DNA of 64,000 bases from Prolixibacteraceae bacterium (GCA_016930365.1 JAFGGY010000195.1:4748-68747), one strand, 5' to 3'; counted from the stretch's first letter, positions 9,727 to 20,430 are shown. Program-made: numbers and translations. The notes: generated by a model not told the origin, from the letters alone.

Positions 9727-12066
9727 TTATTTCTTTTTACGTTTCCCTTTTTTTGGTGCTGGCCCTTCTTCAATAATTTTTCTGCAATCTTCGAGGCTTA
9801 AATTTTCAGCTTCAGTTCCTTTTGGAATTTTGTAGTTTTTCTTATTGAATGAAATGTATGGGCCCCAACGTCCGTTTAGTACTCTCAATTCAGGCTCTTC
9901 GTCGAAGGTTTTGATAACGGCTTTGCGATCTTTTTCTTTTTTTGCTTCGATAAGCTCTATGGCTTCGTCTAAAGTGATTGAGAATGGACTGCTATCTTTA
10001 CCAATCGATACAAATTTATTGTCGTGCCGTATGTAGGGCCCAAAACGACCAATGGCAGCGCTTACTTTTTTATCTTCGTATTCGCCTAAGTCGCGAGGAA
10101 GTTTGAATAAATCCAATGCTTCTTCGAGGGTGATTGTTTCGAGCCGCATTCCGGGTTGCAGGCTTGCAAACCTTGGTTTTTCGTCGTTATCGTTATCGCT
10201 ATCGCCTGTTTCGCCCAATTGAACCAGTGGTCCGTAGCGGCCAATTTTAACCGATACAGGTTTTCCGGTTTGTGGATCCGTTCCCAATATGCGCTCGCCG
10301 TTTGCTTTTTCTGATATTTCAAGTGTTTCTTCAACTTGCTGATGGAAGGGTTTGTAAAAGTCTTTCAGCATATTTTCCCATTTCACTTTTCCTTCGGCAA
10401 TAATATCAAATTGTTCTTCGACTTTTGCGGTAAAGTTAAAATCCATTATCAAGTCGAAGTTCTTGACCAGGAAGTCGTTTACAACCATCCCGATATCGGT
10501 TGGGAAGAGTTTTGAACGTTCGTAGCCAAAGTTTTCTTTTTGGATTTGTTCTTTTATCTGATCATTCAGAAATGTAAGCGTTACAAATTCGCGTTCAGCG
10601 CCTGGGCGATCTTCTTTTACTACATAGCCACGATTTTGTATGGTTGTAATAATGGGTGCATAGGTCGAAGGTCGGCCAATGCCTTGTTCTTCCAGTTTTT
10701 TCACCAGGCTGGCTTCGGTGTATCGTGGCGGACGTTGCGAAAAACGTTGTGCTGCAACAATTGAATCGAGCAAAAGGCTGTCGTTTTTTTGGATGGGTGG
10801 CAGCAGGGTGTCGCCGTTGTTTTTATCATCTTCATCGTCGGTCGATTCGAAATAAACCTTCAGAAAGCCGTCGAATTTTACGATTTCTCCGCTGGCAATA
10901 AATTTTTCGTTGCTGGTTGATATGCCAATATTTACGGTTGTTTTTTCGAGTTGGGCATCGCTCATCTGTGAAGCGATGGAACGTTTCCATATCAGTTCGT
11001 AAAGTCGTTGTTCCTGTTTGATACCCGAAACCGATTCGTTTTCCATGTAGGTCGGACGAATAGCTTCGTGAGCTTCCTGTGCGCCTTTCGAACTGGTTTT
11101 AAATTGGCGGGTTTTGGAATATTTCTCGCCAAAAAAGTCGTTGATTTTTGCTTTGGCTGTGTTAATGGCGAGGCTCGAAAGATTTACCGAGTCGGTACGC
11201 ATGTAGGTTATTTTACCGGCTTCGTACAAACGTTGAGCAACGCTCATGGTTTGAGCAACCGAGAACCCGAGTTTGCGGCTGGCTTCCTGTTGCAGTGTCG
11301 AAGTGGTAAACGGTGGTGCAGGACTTCGTTTGGCCGGTTTTTTAACGATATCGTCAACCAGATAGTTTGCGCCTTTGCATTTTTCCAAAAACTTGAAGGC
11401 TTCGTCGCGATTATCGAATCGTTTGTTGAGCTCTGCCTTTAGAGCAACTTTTTTGCCATTTTCGTCATCGACCATAAAAAGTGCATTTACACGGTAGCTC
11501 GATGTGGCAGTGAAATTCATTACTTCGCGTTCGCGATCGACAATGAGCCGAACGGCAACCGATTGCACCCTGCCGGCCGACAGTTGTGGTTTTACTTTTT
11601 TCCACAGTACGGGCGATACTTCAAAACCGACCAATCGGTCGAGAATTCGTCGTGCCTGTTGGGCGTTTACCAGGTTTTTGTCAATCTTCCGTGGATTTTT
11701 TATGGCTTCTTGTATGGCCGTTTTGGTAATTTCGTGAAAAACAATTCGGCGTGTTTTATCCTCATCCAGATTCAGTGCTTCAAGTAAGTGCCAGGCAATG
11801 GCTTCTCCTTCGCGGTCTTCATCGGATGCGAGCCATACCGTTTTGGCTTCCTTCGATAATTTCTTTAATTCGCTTACCACCGCCTTTTTGTCGGGCGAAA
11901 TGGTGTATCGTGGCTTAAAATCATTTTCAATATCAACACCAAACTCTTTTTTTTCGAGGTCGCGTATGTGACCAAAGCTTGATTTTACGAGGTAGTCTTT
12001 ACCTAAAAACTTTTCTATTGTTTTTGCTTTTGCAGGTGACTCAACAATCACTAAGTTATCAACCAT
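9727..12066 (-). CDS. topA: DNA topoisomerase I
   Basis: LVIVESPAKAKTI, GHIRDL, ASDEDREGEAIAWHL, SAGRVQS, ITYMRTDS, EAHEAIRPT, GIGRPSTY; Topo-C repeats (GRYGP, GRFGPY, GRWGPY). Confidence 0.98.
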   Translation of the reverse strand: MVDNLVIVESPAKAKTIEKFLGKDYLVKSSFGHIRDLEKKEFGVDIENDFKPRYTISPDKKAVVSELKKLSKEAKTVWLASDEDREGEAIAWHLLEALNLDEDKTRRIVFHEITKTAIQEAIKNPRKIDKNLVNAQQARRILDRLVGFEVSPVLWKKVKPQLSAGRVQSVAVRLIVDREREVMNFTATSSYRVNALFMVDDENGKKVALKAELNKRFDNRDEAFKFLEKCKGANYLVDDIVKKPAKRSPAPPFTTSTLQQEASRKLGFSVAQTMSVAQRLYEAGKITYMRTDSVNLSSLAINTAKAKINDFFGEKYSKTRQFKTSSKGAQEAHEAIRPTYMENESVSGIKQEQRLYELIWKRSIASQMSDAQLEKTTVNIGISTSNEKFIASGEIVKFDGFLKVYFESTDDEDDKNNGDTLLPPIQKNDSLLLDSIVAAQRFSQRPPRYTEASLVKKLEEQGIGRPSTYAPIITTIQNRGYVVKEDRPGAEREFVTLTFLNDQIKEQIQKENFGYERSKLFPTDIGMVVNDFLVKNFDLIMDFNFTAKVEEQFDIIAEGKVKWENMLKDFYKPFHQQVEETLEISEKANGERILGTDPQTGKPVSVKIGRYGPLVQLGETGDSDNDNDEKPRFASLQPGMRLETITLEEALDLFKLPRDLGEYEDKKVSAAIGRFGPYIRHDNKFVSIGKDSSPFSITLDEAIELIEAKKEKDRKAVIKTFDEEPELRVLNGRWGPYISFNKKNYKIPKGTEAENLSLEDCRKIIEEGPAPKKGKRKKK

Positions 12067-12385
12067 ATATTATTTTTCTCCGTTTGTTTGTGTTTTTTGG
12101 GTTTGTTTGTTGCATAAAGTCAATAAGTTAACTTTCGTTGCAAGTTGCTTTCCCGTTTTTGTATTTGTGAAAATAATCTGCAAATTAAAGCAATTCAAAA
12201 GGTAAGTTCAAAATTTTTATTGCTTGGGCGACAAATATTTTGGTATAAATTAATCTTTTGATGTAATAAATGGTGTTTATTATTGTTTTCTCAAATGGCT
12301 GTTTTTGTTGGCTTTGAACGAAAGCAAATCAAAATAAAAGCCACGGCACTTAAAAATATTATATTTGTAAAAAATTATTTTTGTG

Positions 12386-14755
12386 ATGGAAGATAAAAAG
12401 CAATCTTTTAGAAAATACCTTAAAATAATGTGGGGAGTAGCCTTCGTTTTGGTGGTGCTTGCCTTTGTGTTTTTCTGGGCAGTATCGGCAGGGAAATTTG
12501 GGTTCATGCCTACTTTTGAAGAACTTGAAAACCCTAAGCACTTGGTTGCTACCGAGATTATTACCTCCGACAGTCAGATTTTGGGAAAGTATTACGATAA
12601 AGAAAACCGAAAACTTATTGATTATAACGATTTGGGTGAAAACCTGGTTAATGCACTGGTCGCTACTGAAGATGAACGTTTTTATAAGCATGCGGGTATC
12701 GACCTCAGAGGATTGTTTCGTGTTGTAAAGGGCGTTGTGATAAACGATACAAAATCGGGTGGGGGAAGCACCATTTCGCAACAATTAGCCAAACTGTTGT
12801 TTCCACGCGAAAGCAATACGGGGCTCAAATTGGTAATCCGAAAGTTTCGCGAATGGGTAATTGCCGTTAAACTTGAACGCAGCTATACCAAAGAAGAAAT
12901 AATTACCATGTATCTGAATAAGTTTGAGTTTATCAATGGGGCTTTTGGGGTTCATGTGGCTGCGCAAACTTATTTTAATACAACCCCCGATTTACTTAAA
13001 CTGCATCAGGCAGCCACATTGATCGGGATGCTGAAAAGTCCCTATTTGTACAATCCGAATCGTTTCGAAGACCGCGCAATAAGTCGTAGGAATGTTGTTC
13101 TGGGGCAAATGCTGAAGAATCGGTATATCAATCGGCAGCAGTTTGAAGAGGCTAAGGCAATGCCTCTTGACCTTGATTTTGACCGGGAAGGCTTTAAAAA
13201 AGGCTTGGCTCCGTACTTCCGTAAATATCTTGAACGTACAATGATTGCTCAAAAGCCTGAACGCAGCTCGTATGGGAATAGCAGCCGGTCTGAGCAACGC
13301 TATTATGAAGATTCGATAGCCTGGTACACCGACCCTCTATTTGGGTGGTGTAACAAAAATCAAAAACCCGATGGTTCGAATTACGACTTATACTCCGATG
13401 GGCTTAAAATTTATACTACAATAGACTACCGGATGCAGGAATATGCGGAAGAATCGGTTCGCGAACATTTAAAAAAATTGCAACCGCAGCTGGATGCGCA
13501 TGTACGCAATTTCAGAAATGCTCCGTTCTCGAACGATTTAACAAGCGAACAGGCACAGCGAAACCTGATGAACGAGGTGTATCGCAGTCATCGATACAAA
13601 AATTTGAAGAAAAAGGGTTTGAGCGACGAACGAATTATGAAAAATTTCAACACGCTCGATACCACGATGCTTTATACCTGGGAGGGATACAAAGATACAA
13701 TTGTAACGCCGCTCGATTCGATTAAATATTACCTGCGCCATTTAAGCTCCTCGTTTATGGCGATGGATCCGAATACCGGCGAGGTGAGAGCCTGGGTGGG
13801 TGGCTCAGCTTATGGTTTTACCGAAATCGATATGGTTCGTTCTTCAACATATAAACGGCAGGTGGGCTCAACCTGTAAGCCATTTTTATATACCCTGGCC
13901 ATGCAAAACGGACTATCGCCCTGCAAGGAAGTTCCCAACGTAGAGCAAACGTTTATTTTGTCTGATGGCACCAACTGGACGGCAAAAAACTCGGGCAAAA
14001 CGGATTACGACGGTAAGATGGTTACTTTACGCTGGGGATTAGCCAATTCGGTTAACCAGGTTTCGGCATGGGTAATGAAAAGGTATAACCCTGAATCGAT
14101 GCGTGATGTAATGCGTAACATGGGCATTTACAGCGATGTTCCGGCCGTGCCGTCTATGTTTTTGGGTACTGCCGAAATTACCTTGTACGAAATGGTAGCT
14201 GCGTATGCAGTTTTTCCGAACAAAGGAGTTTATACGACTCCACTTATCGTTTCGCATATCGAAGATCGGAATGGGAATGTGCTGGCTAATTTTACCCCGC
14301 AACGGCACGAGGCTATTGATGAGCAAACGGCATACCTGATGACAAACTTACTGCAAAATGTGGTAAGCGAAGGTTCGGGTCTGCGATTGAAGTCGAAATA
14401 CGAAGTATACGAAGATTACGGAGGTTTTGATACACCGTTTGCCGGGAAAACCGGTACCACTCAAAATCAAAGTGATGGCTGGTTTGTTGGCTTTACCCCC
14501 GAACTGGTTGCCGGAGTATGGACCGGGGCTAATTATCGGAGCATACACTTTGAAGATATCTCTCGGGGACAAGGCTCAAATATGGCCTTGCCGGTTTTTG
14601 GACGCTTCTTTAAAAAAGTTTTTGCCGATTCAACACTAAATTATAGCCAGCAATTTGAGTATGAAAAACCCGAAGGATTTAATATTGATCTTGATTGCGG
14701 TGGCAACAACAATACTGAAGAAAAAAACATGCCCTCTTTTGACGGGTTTTGGTAA
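12386..14755 (+). CDS. Class A penicillin-binding protein (PBP1A, transglycosylase-transpeptidase)
   Basis: N-terminal TM; ATEDERFYKHAGID, GGSTISQQLAK, RKFREW; SxxK (GSTCK), SxN (SVN), KTG (GKTGTT). Confidence 0.95.
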   Translation: MEDKKQSFRKYLKIMWGVAFVLVVLAFVFFWAVSAGKFGFMPTFEELENPKHLVATEIITSDSQILGKYYDKENRKLIDYNDLGENLVNALVATEDERFYKHAGIDLRGLFRVVKGVVINDTKSGGGSTISQQLAKLLFPRESNTGLKLVIRKFREWVIAVKLERSYTKEEIITMYLNKFEFINGAFGVHVAAQTYFNTTPDLLKLHQAATLIGMLKSPYLYNPNRFEDRAISRRNVVLGQMLKNRYINRQQFEEAKAMPLDLDFDREGFKKGLAPYFRKYLERTMIAQKPERSSYGNSSRSEQRYYEDSIAWYTDPLFGWCNKNQKPDGSNYDLYSDGLKIYTTIDYRMQEYAEESVREHLKKLQPQLDAHVRNFRNAPFSNDLTSEQAQRNLMNEVYRSHRYKNLKKKGLSDERIMKNFNTLDTTMLYTWEGYKDTIVTPLDSIKYYLRHLSSSFMAMDPNTGEVRAWVGGSAYGFTEIDMVRSSTYKRQVGSTCKPFLYTLAMQNGLSPCKEVPNVEQTFILSDGTNWTAKNSGKTDYDGKMVTLRWGLANSVNQVSAWVMKRYNPESMRDVMRNMGIYSDVPAVPSMFLGTAEITLYEMVAAYAVFPNKGVYTTPLIVSHIEDRNGNVLANFTPQRHEAIDEQTAYLMTNLLQNVVSEGSGLRLKSKYEVYEDYGGFDTPFAGKTGTTQNQSDGWFVGFTPELVAGVWTGANYRSIHFEDISRGQGSNMALPVFGRFFKKVFADSTLNYSQQFEYEKPEGFNIDLDCGGNNNTEEKNMPSFDGFW

Positions 14756-14831
14756 TTTAATTTGTGAATACAGAATAAGCTTGAGAATTAAGCCGGTTAT
14801 CCTTGGTGAACTCCGTTGAATATTTAGTTTT

Positions 14832-16751
14832 ATGCGATACACAAAAGAACGTAACAGTCAAACCAAAATACTCCAAAAAACGATTTTTAAATCGTTTCGT
14901 TTTGCGGTGTTAAATTCATGTTTCATACTGCTTGCCGGCAGTATTATTTTTCTCCATTCGTGTGCAAACCCCGGGGCTGGCCCTTCGGGCGGGCCTCGCG
15001 ACAGTATTGTGCCGATTGTTTTACGAACCATTCCAGCGCCTTACGCATTAAATTACAGTGGTAAAGAGATTCAAATTGATTTTGATGAGTATGTGGTTGC
15101 TAATACGCTGACCAATACCATGGTTATATCGCCACCACTGGCCGAACGTACCAATGTACGCACCAAAGGTAAAAGCGTGATCATAAAAATTGATGAGGAA
15201 CTGATACCTGGACGAACCTACTCGATCGATTTTAAAGATGGCATAAAAGATTACAACGAAGGCAATGTTTTGGAGGGGTTCAGGATGTTGTTTTCGACCT
15301 ACGACCGAATCGACACTCTTCGAATTAGTGGTTATATGGTTGATGCCTTTACTCTTGAGCCAGCCGAAAACGCGCTGGTGTCGCTGTATTCAATAGACAA
15401 CGATTCGATATTTTCAACTTTACGCCCCGATTTTATTGCCAGGCCTGATGAAACCGGTTTTTTTCTCTTCGATAACCTGCCCGAAGGCTCGTATCGCTTG
15501 TATGGGCTTGTCGATGAAGACCGCGATTTAATGTTTTCGAAACGAAGTGAAAAGATTGCATTTATTGATACGCTTTTAACCCCTTCGGCTCAGTATATTC
15601 ATCAAATAGATACCTTGTTTGAGGAGAATGATACAATTATTAGTAAAGGCTACACTGAATTTAGTCCAGGCCCGGTTAACGCCTATCTTTTTACTGAAGA
15701 TTATTTTGAGCAGTATGTGGTTGATTATAAGCGTGAACCCCGAAACCGTATGCAACTGGTATTTAATGAATCGCTCAGCGACTCGTTTGCATTCGATATT
15801 CCGGGTGTTGATGCCGAACAGCTGTATGTTGAATTCGGGAAAAACCGCGATAGTTTGCGGATATGGCTTACCGATAGTATTGCGGTATCGAACGATTCGT
15901 TGTATATGGCTTTGCGTTATACTGTAACCGATACTCTTGGTCAATTTATATCGAAGGCCGATACATTGAAAATGTTTTTTAGTGATCAGCGGCAATCATC
16001 GAAAGGGATGGAGAATGATGAAGAAGAACCAACGAAACAAAATGGCTTTAGTTTTACGACGAACATAAAACAGGGAGAGGTTGATTTGAATGCTAAAATA
16101 CAATTGATTTCGACCGATCCGCTTCTTTCTTTTGCAAAAGAGGATGTTCGCGTTGAATTAGCCGTAACCGATTCGACCTACGAGCCTGTTCCGTTTGAAC
16201 TTATTTCGTATGAAGATTCGAAAAGGAAATACGGGCTCAATTTTACGCTCGATGAGCAAACGGTTTACCGGGTACAAGTGGATTCGGCACGGGTGCAAAC
16301 CTTGGGTGGTTTGCATAATACAGAGTTTTCGTTAAGTTTCAGAACTCGTGCTCTCGAATATTATGGGACAGCTATATTTAAGATTCTTGGTTTTGAAGGT
16401 TCAGCAATTGTTCAACTGTTGTCGAACAACGAGAATGAAGATGTGATACGAACAAAACAGGTAAAGGTTTCTGATAAAGAAATTGCGCTGCCATACTTGT
16501 CACCCGGGCGTTATCGGATTAAACTAATCGATGACCGAAATGAAAACGGAAAGTGGGATACCGGAAGCCTGGAAGAGGGCATACAACCCGAGATGGTTTA
16601 CTACTTACCGAAAGTATTGGAAATAAAATCGAACTGGGAAATAAAAGAAGACTGGGAAATCGATCCGGCAAATTTGTTGCCCAAAGATATTTATGATGCC
16701 GAAGCCGAGGAAAAGGAAAAGGAAAGAGCAAACGAGCAAGGACGTAGATAA
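14832..16751 (+). CDS. Ig-like (Big_5) domain lipoprotein, conserved Bacteroidota family
   Basis: Lipobox LHSC then ANPGAGPSGGPRD; IDFDEYV, ISPP, TYSIDF..GIKDYNEGN; C-terminal PGRYRIKLIDDRNENGKWDTG...QPE. Confidence 0.8.
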   Translation: MRYTKERNSQTKILQKTIFKSFRFAVLNSCFILLAGSIIFLHSCANPGAGPSGGPRDSIVPIVLRTIPAPYALNYSGKEIQIDFDEYVVANTLTNTMVISPPLAERTNVRTKGKSVIIKIDEELIPGRTYSIDFKDGIKDYNEGNVLEGFRMLFSTYDRIDTLRISGYMVDAFTLEPAENALVSLYSIDNDSIFSTLRPDFIARPDETGFFLFDNLPEGSYRLYGLVDEDRDLMFSKRSEKIAFIDTLLTPSAQYIHQIDTLFEENDTIISKGYTEFSPGPVNAYLFTEDYFEQYVVDYKREPRNRMQLVFNESLSDSFAFDIPGVDAEQLYVEFGKNRDSLRIWLTDSIAVSNDSLYMALRYTVTDTLGQFISKADTLKMFFSDQRQSSKGMENDEEEPTKQNGFSFTTNIKQGEVDLNAKIQLISTDPLLSFAKEDVRVELAVTDSTYEPVPFELISYEDSKRKYGLNFTLDEQTVYRVQVDSARVQTLGGLHNTEFSLSFRTRALEYYGTAIFKILGFEGSAIVQLLSNNENEDVIRTKQVKVSDKEIALPYLSPGRYRIKLIDDRNENGKWDTGSLEEGIQPEMVYYLPKVLEIKSNWEIKEDWEIDPANLLPKDIYDAEAEEKEKERANEQGRR

Positions 16752-16782
16752 GTACAGTGCATCTTGTAATTCGCGATACAAT

Positions 16783-18309
16783 ATGATATTTGAACGCTGC
16801 ATTAAAGCATTATTATTAATTTTTGTCTCTCTTGTAATGCATTCGTGTTACGAAGAAATGCCATATGCTCCCGGACTTAAAGATTCTTCTTCGATTCTGG
16901 CTCTTAATTATAAGCCGGTTTTCGAAGATTCCGAAAGGGGGTTGATGCTTTTCCCTATTGATGAGTATGGTTTTTTCAAAGCAAAAATTTCGAAAAATTT
17001 CAACGGAAAGTTGTATGTCAACAGTGAACAAATACCTGATGATTACGAATATGATTTTGGTGCAATTGACTGTAAAACAAGCTTTGAGGTAACGTTGATT
17101 AAAGAAAGTGGTGATGAAGAGAACTTTCACTTGTACTTTTCGCTGCTTCCACTTGTTAAGATCGAATATAATTACGAAGAGATACTTGATGACCCGAAAC
17201 TCCCGGCAAAATTGACTGTAGTGACAACCAATAGCGATGTGTGGTACGAAAGTGCAGGCATTGAAATTCGTGGTGGCAGCTCAACCTCTAAGCCTAAAAA
17301 ATCATACGGGATAGAAATATGGGATGATTATGATTCGAAGAGAAATAAAAACATTTCGCTTTTCGATATGTATCATGATGATGATTGGATACTTGATGCA
17401 TTGTATGCCGATTCGAGCAGAATTCGGAACAGGGTTTCGTTTGATTTATGGAATGACATGCAGGTGGATGCTGCTGAACGAGGTAATCGAACAAAGTTTT
17501 CTGGAATTAAAGGCCGATATATTGAATTGTTTTTGAACAATGAATACCAGGGCTTGTATTGTTTAAACGAGCGTGTTGAAGCTAAAATGCTACAAATAAA
17601 AAAGGAACAAACCGGGCAACAGGGCTACCTTTATAAGTCGGAAAGTTGGTCAGGTGCAACGACTTTTTCAGGTTTACCCGAACTGGCCATTGATGAGAGT
17701 GAACATTGGAGTGGCTGGGAACAGAAATATCCCGCCCCGGATGAGGGATACGATTGGAAACCATTGTACAATTTTGTCGATTTTGTTGTTAATTGTACCG
17801 ATCAGCAGTTTAAAACATCAATAGGTGATTGTTTTGTGCTTGATCAGGCCATCGATTTTTATATTTTGGTTAACCTGATAAAGGGAGCAGATAATGTAGG
17901 GAAAAACATTTTTCTATTGTCTGAGTCTGGAGAAAGCCCTTTTTATATTTCACCATGGGATATGGATGCAACCTGGGGGCGCGACTGGCTAGGATATAAA
18001 GTTGATTCTCGTAGTGTTATGACTTTTAACTTATATAGGCGGATTATTGAGCAAAATCCAGAATATTTTAGGGAAAATCTGAAAAAGCGATATACTCAAT
18101 TGCGTGAAGAAATATTGACGCATGATGCTCTTCAACAGAAATTTCATCATTATTTTGATGTGTTTGAAGAATCGGGTGTAATTATCCGCGAAAATGAAAG
18201 ATGGCCCGAATCGACAGTGAATATTAAGCGTGAGATGGATTATTTATCGAATTGGTCTGTTGAACGGTTTTCTTACCTCGACAATTATTTTCAGCATATC
18301 GATCAGTAG
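16783..18309 (+). CDS. CotH kinase-family lipoprotein
   Basis: Lipobox MHSC; IRGGSS, KKSY, DDWIL, IRNR, YQGLYCLNERV, DNVGKN, SPWDMDATWG. Confidence 0.88.
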   Translation: MIFERCIKALLLIFVSLVMHSCYEEMPYAPGLKDSSSILALNYKPVFEDSERGLMLFPIDEYGFFKAKISKNFNGKLYVNSEQIPDDYEYDFGAIDCKTSFEVTLIKESGDEENFHLYFSLLPLVKIEYNYEEILDDPKLPAKLTVVTTNSDVWYESAGIEIRGGSSTSKPKKSYGIEIWDDYDSKRNKNISLFDMYHDDDWILDALYADSSRIRNRVSFDLWNDMQVDAAERGNRTKFSGIKGRYIELFLNNEYQGLYCLNERVEAKMLQIKKEQTGQQGYLYKSESWSGATTFSGLPELAIDESEHWSGWEQKYPAPDEGYDWKPLYNFVDFVVNCTDQQFKTSIGDCFVLDQAIDFYILVNLIKGADNVGKNIFLLSESGESPFYISPWDMDATWGRDWLGYKVDSRSVMTFNLYRRIIEQNPEYFRENLKKRYTQLREEILTHDALQQKFHHYFDVFEESGVIIRENERWPESTVNIKREMDYLSNWSVERFSYLDNYFQHIDQ

Positions 18310-18406
18310 TTGTGTTATGACATGTTGCGGCAATTTTTGAGAAATTTTATTTCAAAAAATGTAACATTTCAATTTGGCCTTTACTAACTCAACAAAACAT
18401 TATTAA

Positions 18407-18943
18407 ATGGATAAAAAGAAAAAGGAGGAAAGGTTTAAACTGCTTATCGACGAAAACAGCGAACGTATAATGCGAATTTGTCGGTATTACAACCCTAACC
18501 CCGAGGATCGGAAGGACATGTACCAGGAAATCCTGGTGAATGTGTGGAAAAGTCTCGATACTTTTCGCGGCGATTCAAAAATCAGCACCTGGGTATATCG
18601 TATTGCTATTAATACATCGCTGAGTTTTACCGGAAAAGCTTTTCGGCAAATGAAACTGATGGTTGATAAGGATGTGCAAAATATGGGCTTGCTGGTCGAT
18701 GATGAATTGCAACTCAAACAGCAGTACGAAAACGACCTCGAAACCCTGCAAGCGCAACTGAACCAATTGTCGGTTATCGAAAAAGCAATGATCTCGTTGA
18801 TGCTCGAAGGCCTTTCGATGCGCGAAATTGCCGACGTAATTGGCCTTACCGAACCCAATATCCGGGTCAAAATTCATCGTATTAAAGAAAAGCTGAGAGA
18901 GAATATTATTTCGGCTCAAAATCATTCATCAACTTTAGATTAA
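18407..18943 (+). CDS. ECF-type RNA polymerase sigma-70 factor
   Basis: DMYQEILVNVWKS, FRGDSKISTWVYRIAINT (region 2); LEGLSMREIADVIGLTEPNIRVKIHRIK (region 4). Confidence 0.93.
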   Translation: MDKKKKEERFKLLIDENSERIMRICRYYNPNPEDRKDMYQEILVNVWKSLDTFRGDSKISTWVYRIAINTSLSFTGKAFRQMKLMVDKDVQNMGLLVDDELQLKQQYENDLETLQAQLNQLSVIEKAMISLMLEGLSMREIADVIGLTEPNIRVKIHRIKEKLRENIISAQNHSSTLD

Positions 18944-18949
18944 ATAGCC

Positions 18950-19513
18950 ATGGAAGATAAAACTATACAACAAAACAATCCGCTCGATATGAGTGAGTTT
19001 GTGGGTAAACTTCAAAAGGAAGACCGTCGTAACATGTCCTTATCGCGCAATATGCAGTGGGGCATGTGGATACTGTCCATTTTTTATGCAGTGTTTTTTA
19101 TTGTTATTCCTTTTTACGAAAACACCTTGTATAAAGCCATTGGATGGTCGTTGTATGTACTTACTTTTTTGTCGTTTGGGTTCATTTTTAATTACCTCAA
19201 ACGAGAATACAGGCGGGTCGATTATGGTTTGCCTACGCTTGTAATGCTTAAAGAAGCTGCCAAACGCTACAAATTTTTTCAACGCAAAACTACTTTAGCT
19301 ACCATGCCGGTTATACTTGTCGATGTGGGTATGGTGCTGGTAACATTCGATCCAGGACAGCCGGGCAGTTTGTTGCGCACCATTTTGGTATCCCAGGCAT
19401 TATTTATCCCGGCTATTGGCATTGGTTTATTTATTGGTAATATAATTTGGAGAAAGCGGCAAAAACCACTGCGCGATGCCGCATTAAAAATGATAAACGA
19501 ATTGGAAGAATAG
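18950..19513 (+). CDS. Four-TM membrane protein, candidate anti-sigma factor
   Basis: Four hydrophobic segments; starts 6 nt after the ECF sigma stop. Confidence 0.7.
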   Translation: MEDKTIQQNNPLDMSEFVGKLQKEDRRNMSLSRNMQWGMWILSIFYAVFFIVIPFYENTLYKAIGWSLYVLTFLSFGFIFNYLKREYRRVDYGLPTLVMLKEAAKRYKFFQRKTTLATMPVILVDVGMVLVTFDPGQPGSLLRTILVSQALFIPAIGIGLFIGNIIWRKRQKPLRDAALKMINELEE

Positions 19514-19517
19514 AATT

Positions 19518-19736
19518 ATGAAAGCACTATTATCGGGTAAAAAATCGGCCGCAGTTGCAAGCTTATTGGGAATTATCGGCTACTTTGTTTTTGACTTTTT
19601 AAAAGCACGAAGCAGTTTTGGGATGATTGATTTTTTCAGGGGATTTTTTACAGGAATTACCTTGGTTGCAGTTATAATGCTAATAGGGTTGTACTTTCCA
19701 AAGGTATTGAAAAGGCGAAAAAATAACCATCAATAA
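19518..19736 (+). CDS. Small two-TM membrane protein
   Basis: 72 aa; starts 4 nt after the previous stop; DFFRGFFTG motif; basic tail. Confidence 0.65.
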   Translation: MKALLSGKKSAAVASLLGIIGYFVFDFLKARSSFGMIDFFRGFFTGITLVAVIMLIGLYFPKVLKRRKNNHQ

Positions 19737-19949
19737 GCAATCGGCCTTTTTTATCTAAAAGTGGGTTTTAGATTATACATTGAAAAACAAAAAGATGGGG
19801 AACGTTACTTTTCAATTCGTTTTTTGACTGACAGTTTGAATTGTTATGTTCCCCAAATCTGTGCGATTTTGTAAGCACTATTCCGAAAATTCCAGGATGT
19901 CGCCAGGTTGACAGTCGGGTTTACTGATAATGTAGCCTAACCGCATAAC

Positions 19950-19981
19950 AAAAAAAGCCGGAAAAAATCCGGCTTTTTTTG
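19950..19981. terminator. Bidirectional intrinsic terminator
   Basis: AAAAAAAGCCGGA-AAAAA-TCCGGCTTTTTTT between convergent genes. Confidence 0.85.
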
Positions 19982-19982
19982 T

Positions 19983-20141
19983 TTAATGCTTTGCGATTAT
20001 CCATATTGCATGAACAATACCAGGGATATATCCCAAAATAGTAAGCAGGATATTTAACCAAAAATGTTTGGTAATTCCTACTTCTAAAAACACTCCCAAT
20101 GGAGGTAGAATAATTGCAAAAATAATTTTCAAAATATCCAT
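19983..20141 (-). CDS. YqaE/Pmp3-family small membrane proteolipid (52 aa)
   Basis: Manual translation: MDILKIIFAIILPPLGVFLEVGITKHFWLNILLTILGYIPGIVHAIWIIAKH*. Below the ORF-track size cut-off. Confidence 0.93.
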   Translation of the reverse strand: MDILKIIFAIILPPLGVFLEVGITKHFWLNILLTILGYIPGIVHAIWIIAKH

Positions 20142-20286
20142 AATTATTATTTTAAATATTAGAACACATAGATTTTCGTTATAAAGGTAGTGTAAGATAT
20201 AAAAATATATTGGACAAATTATTGCAATGGTGCAAAGATTTAATGGTAGTATAGAATAGCTGTATTGAAATGTTTAAACGGAGCGA

Positions 20287-20430
20287 CGGCCAGGGATTGA
20301 AGCGGTAGCCCGGTGTGTTTTGACGGCTTGCGTGAACAGGAGTGGCAGGGCGACCGGCAGGAAGCCCCTGCCACGAACGGTGAACGCTGCCGGCAAATGC
20401 ACCGGCTACAAGCGAAAAGCCCGCAGGCCG
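20287..20430 (+). repeat. GC-rich structured intergenic element, copy 1 (possible ncRNA or REP-like repeat)
   Basis: Nested stems CGGCC/GGCCG, GTAGCC-CGGTG/CACCG-GCTAC, GTGGCAGGG/CCCTGCCAC around GGCGACC-GGCA-GGAAGCC. Confidence 0.65.
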
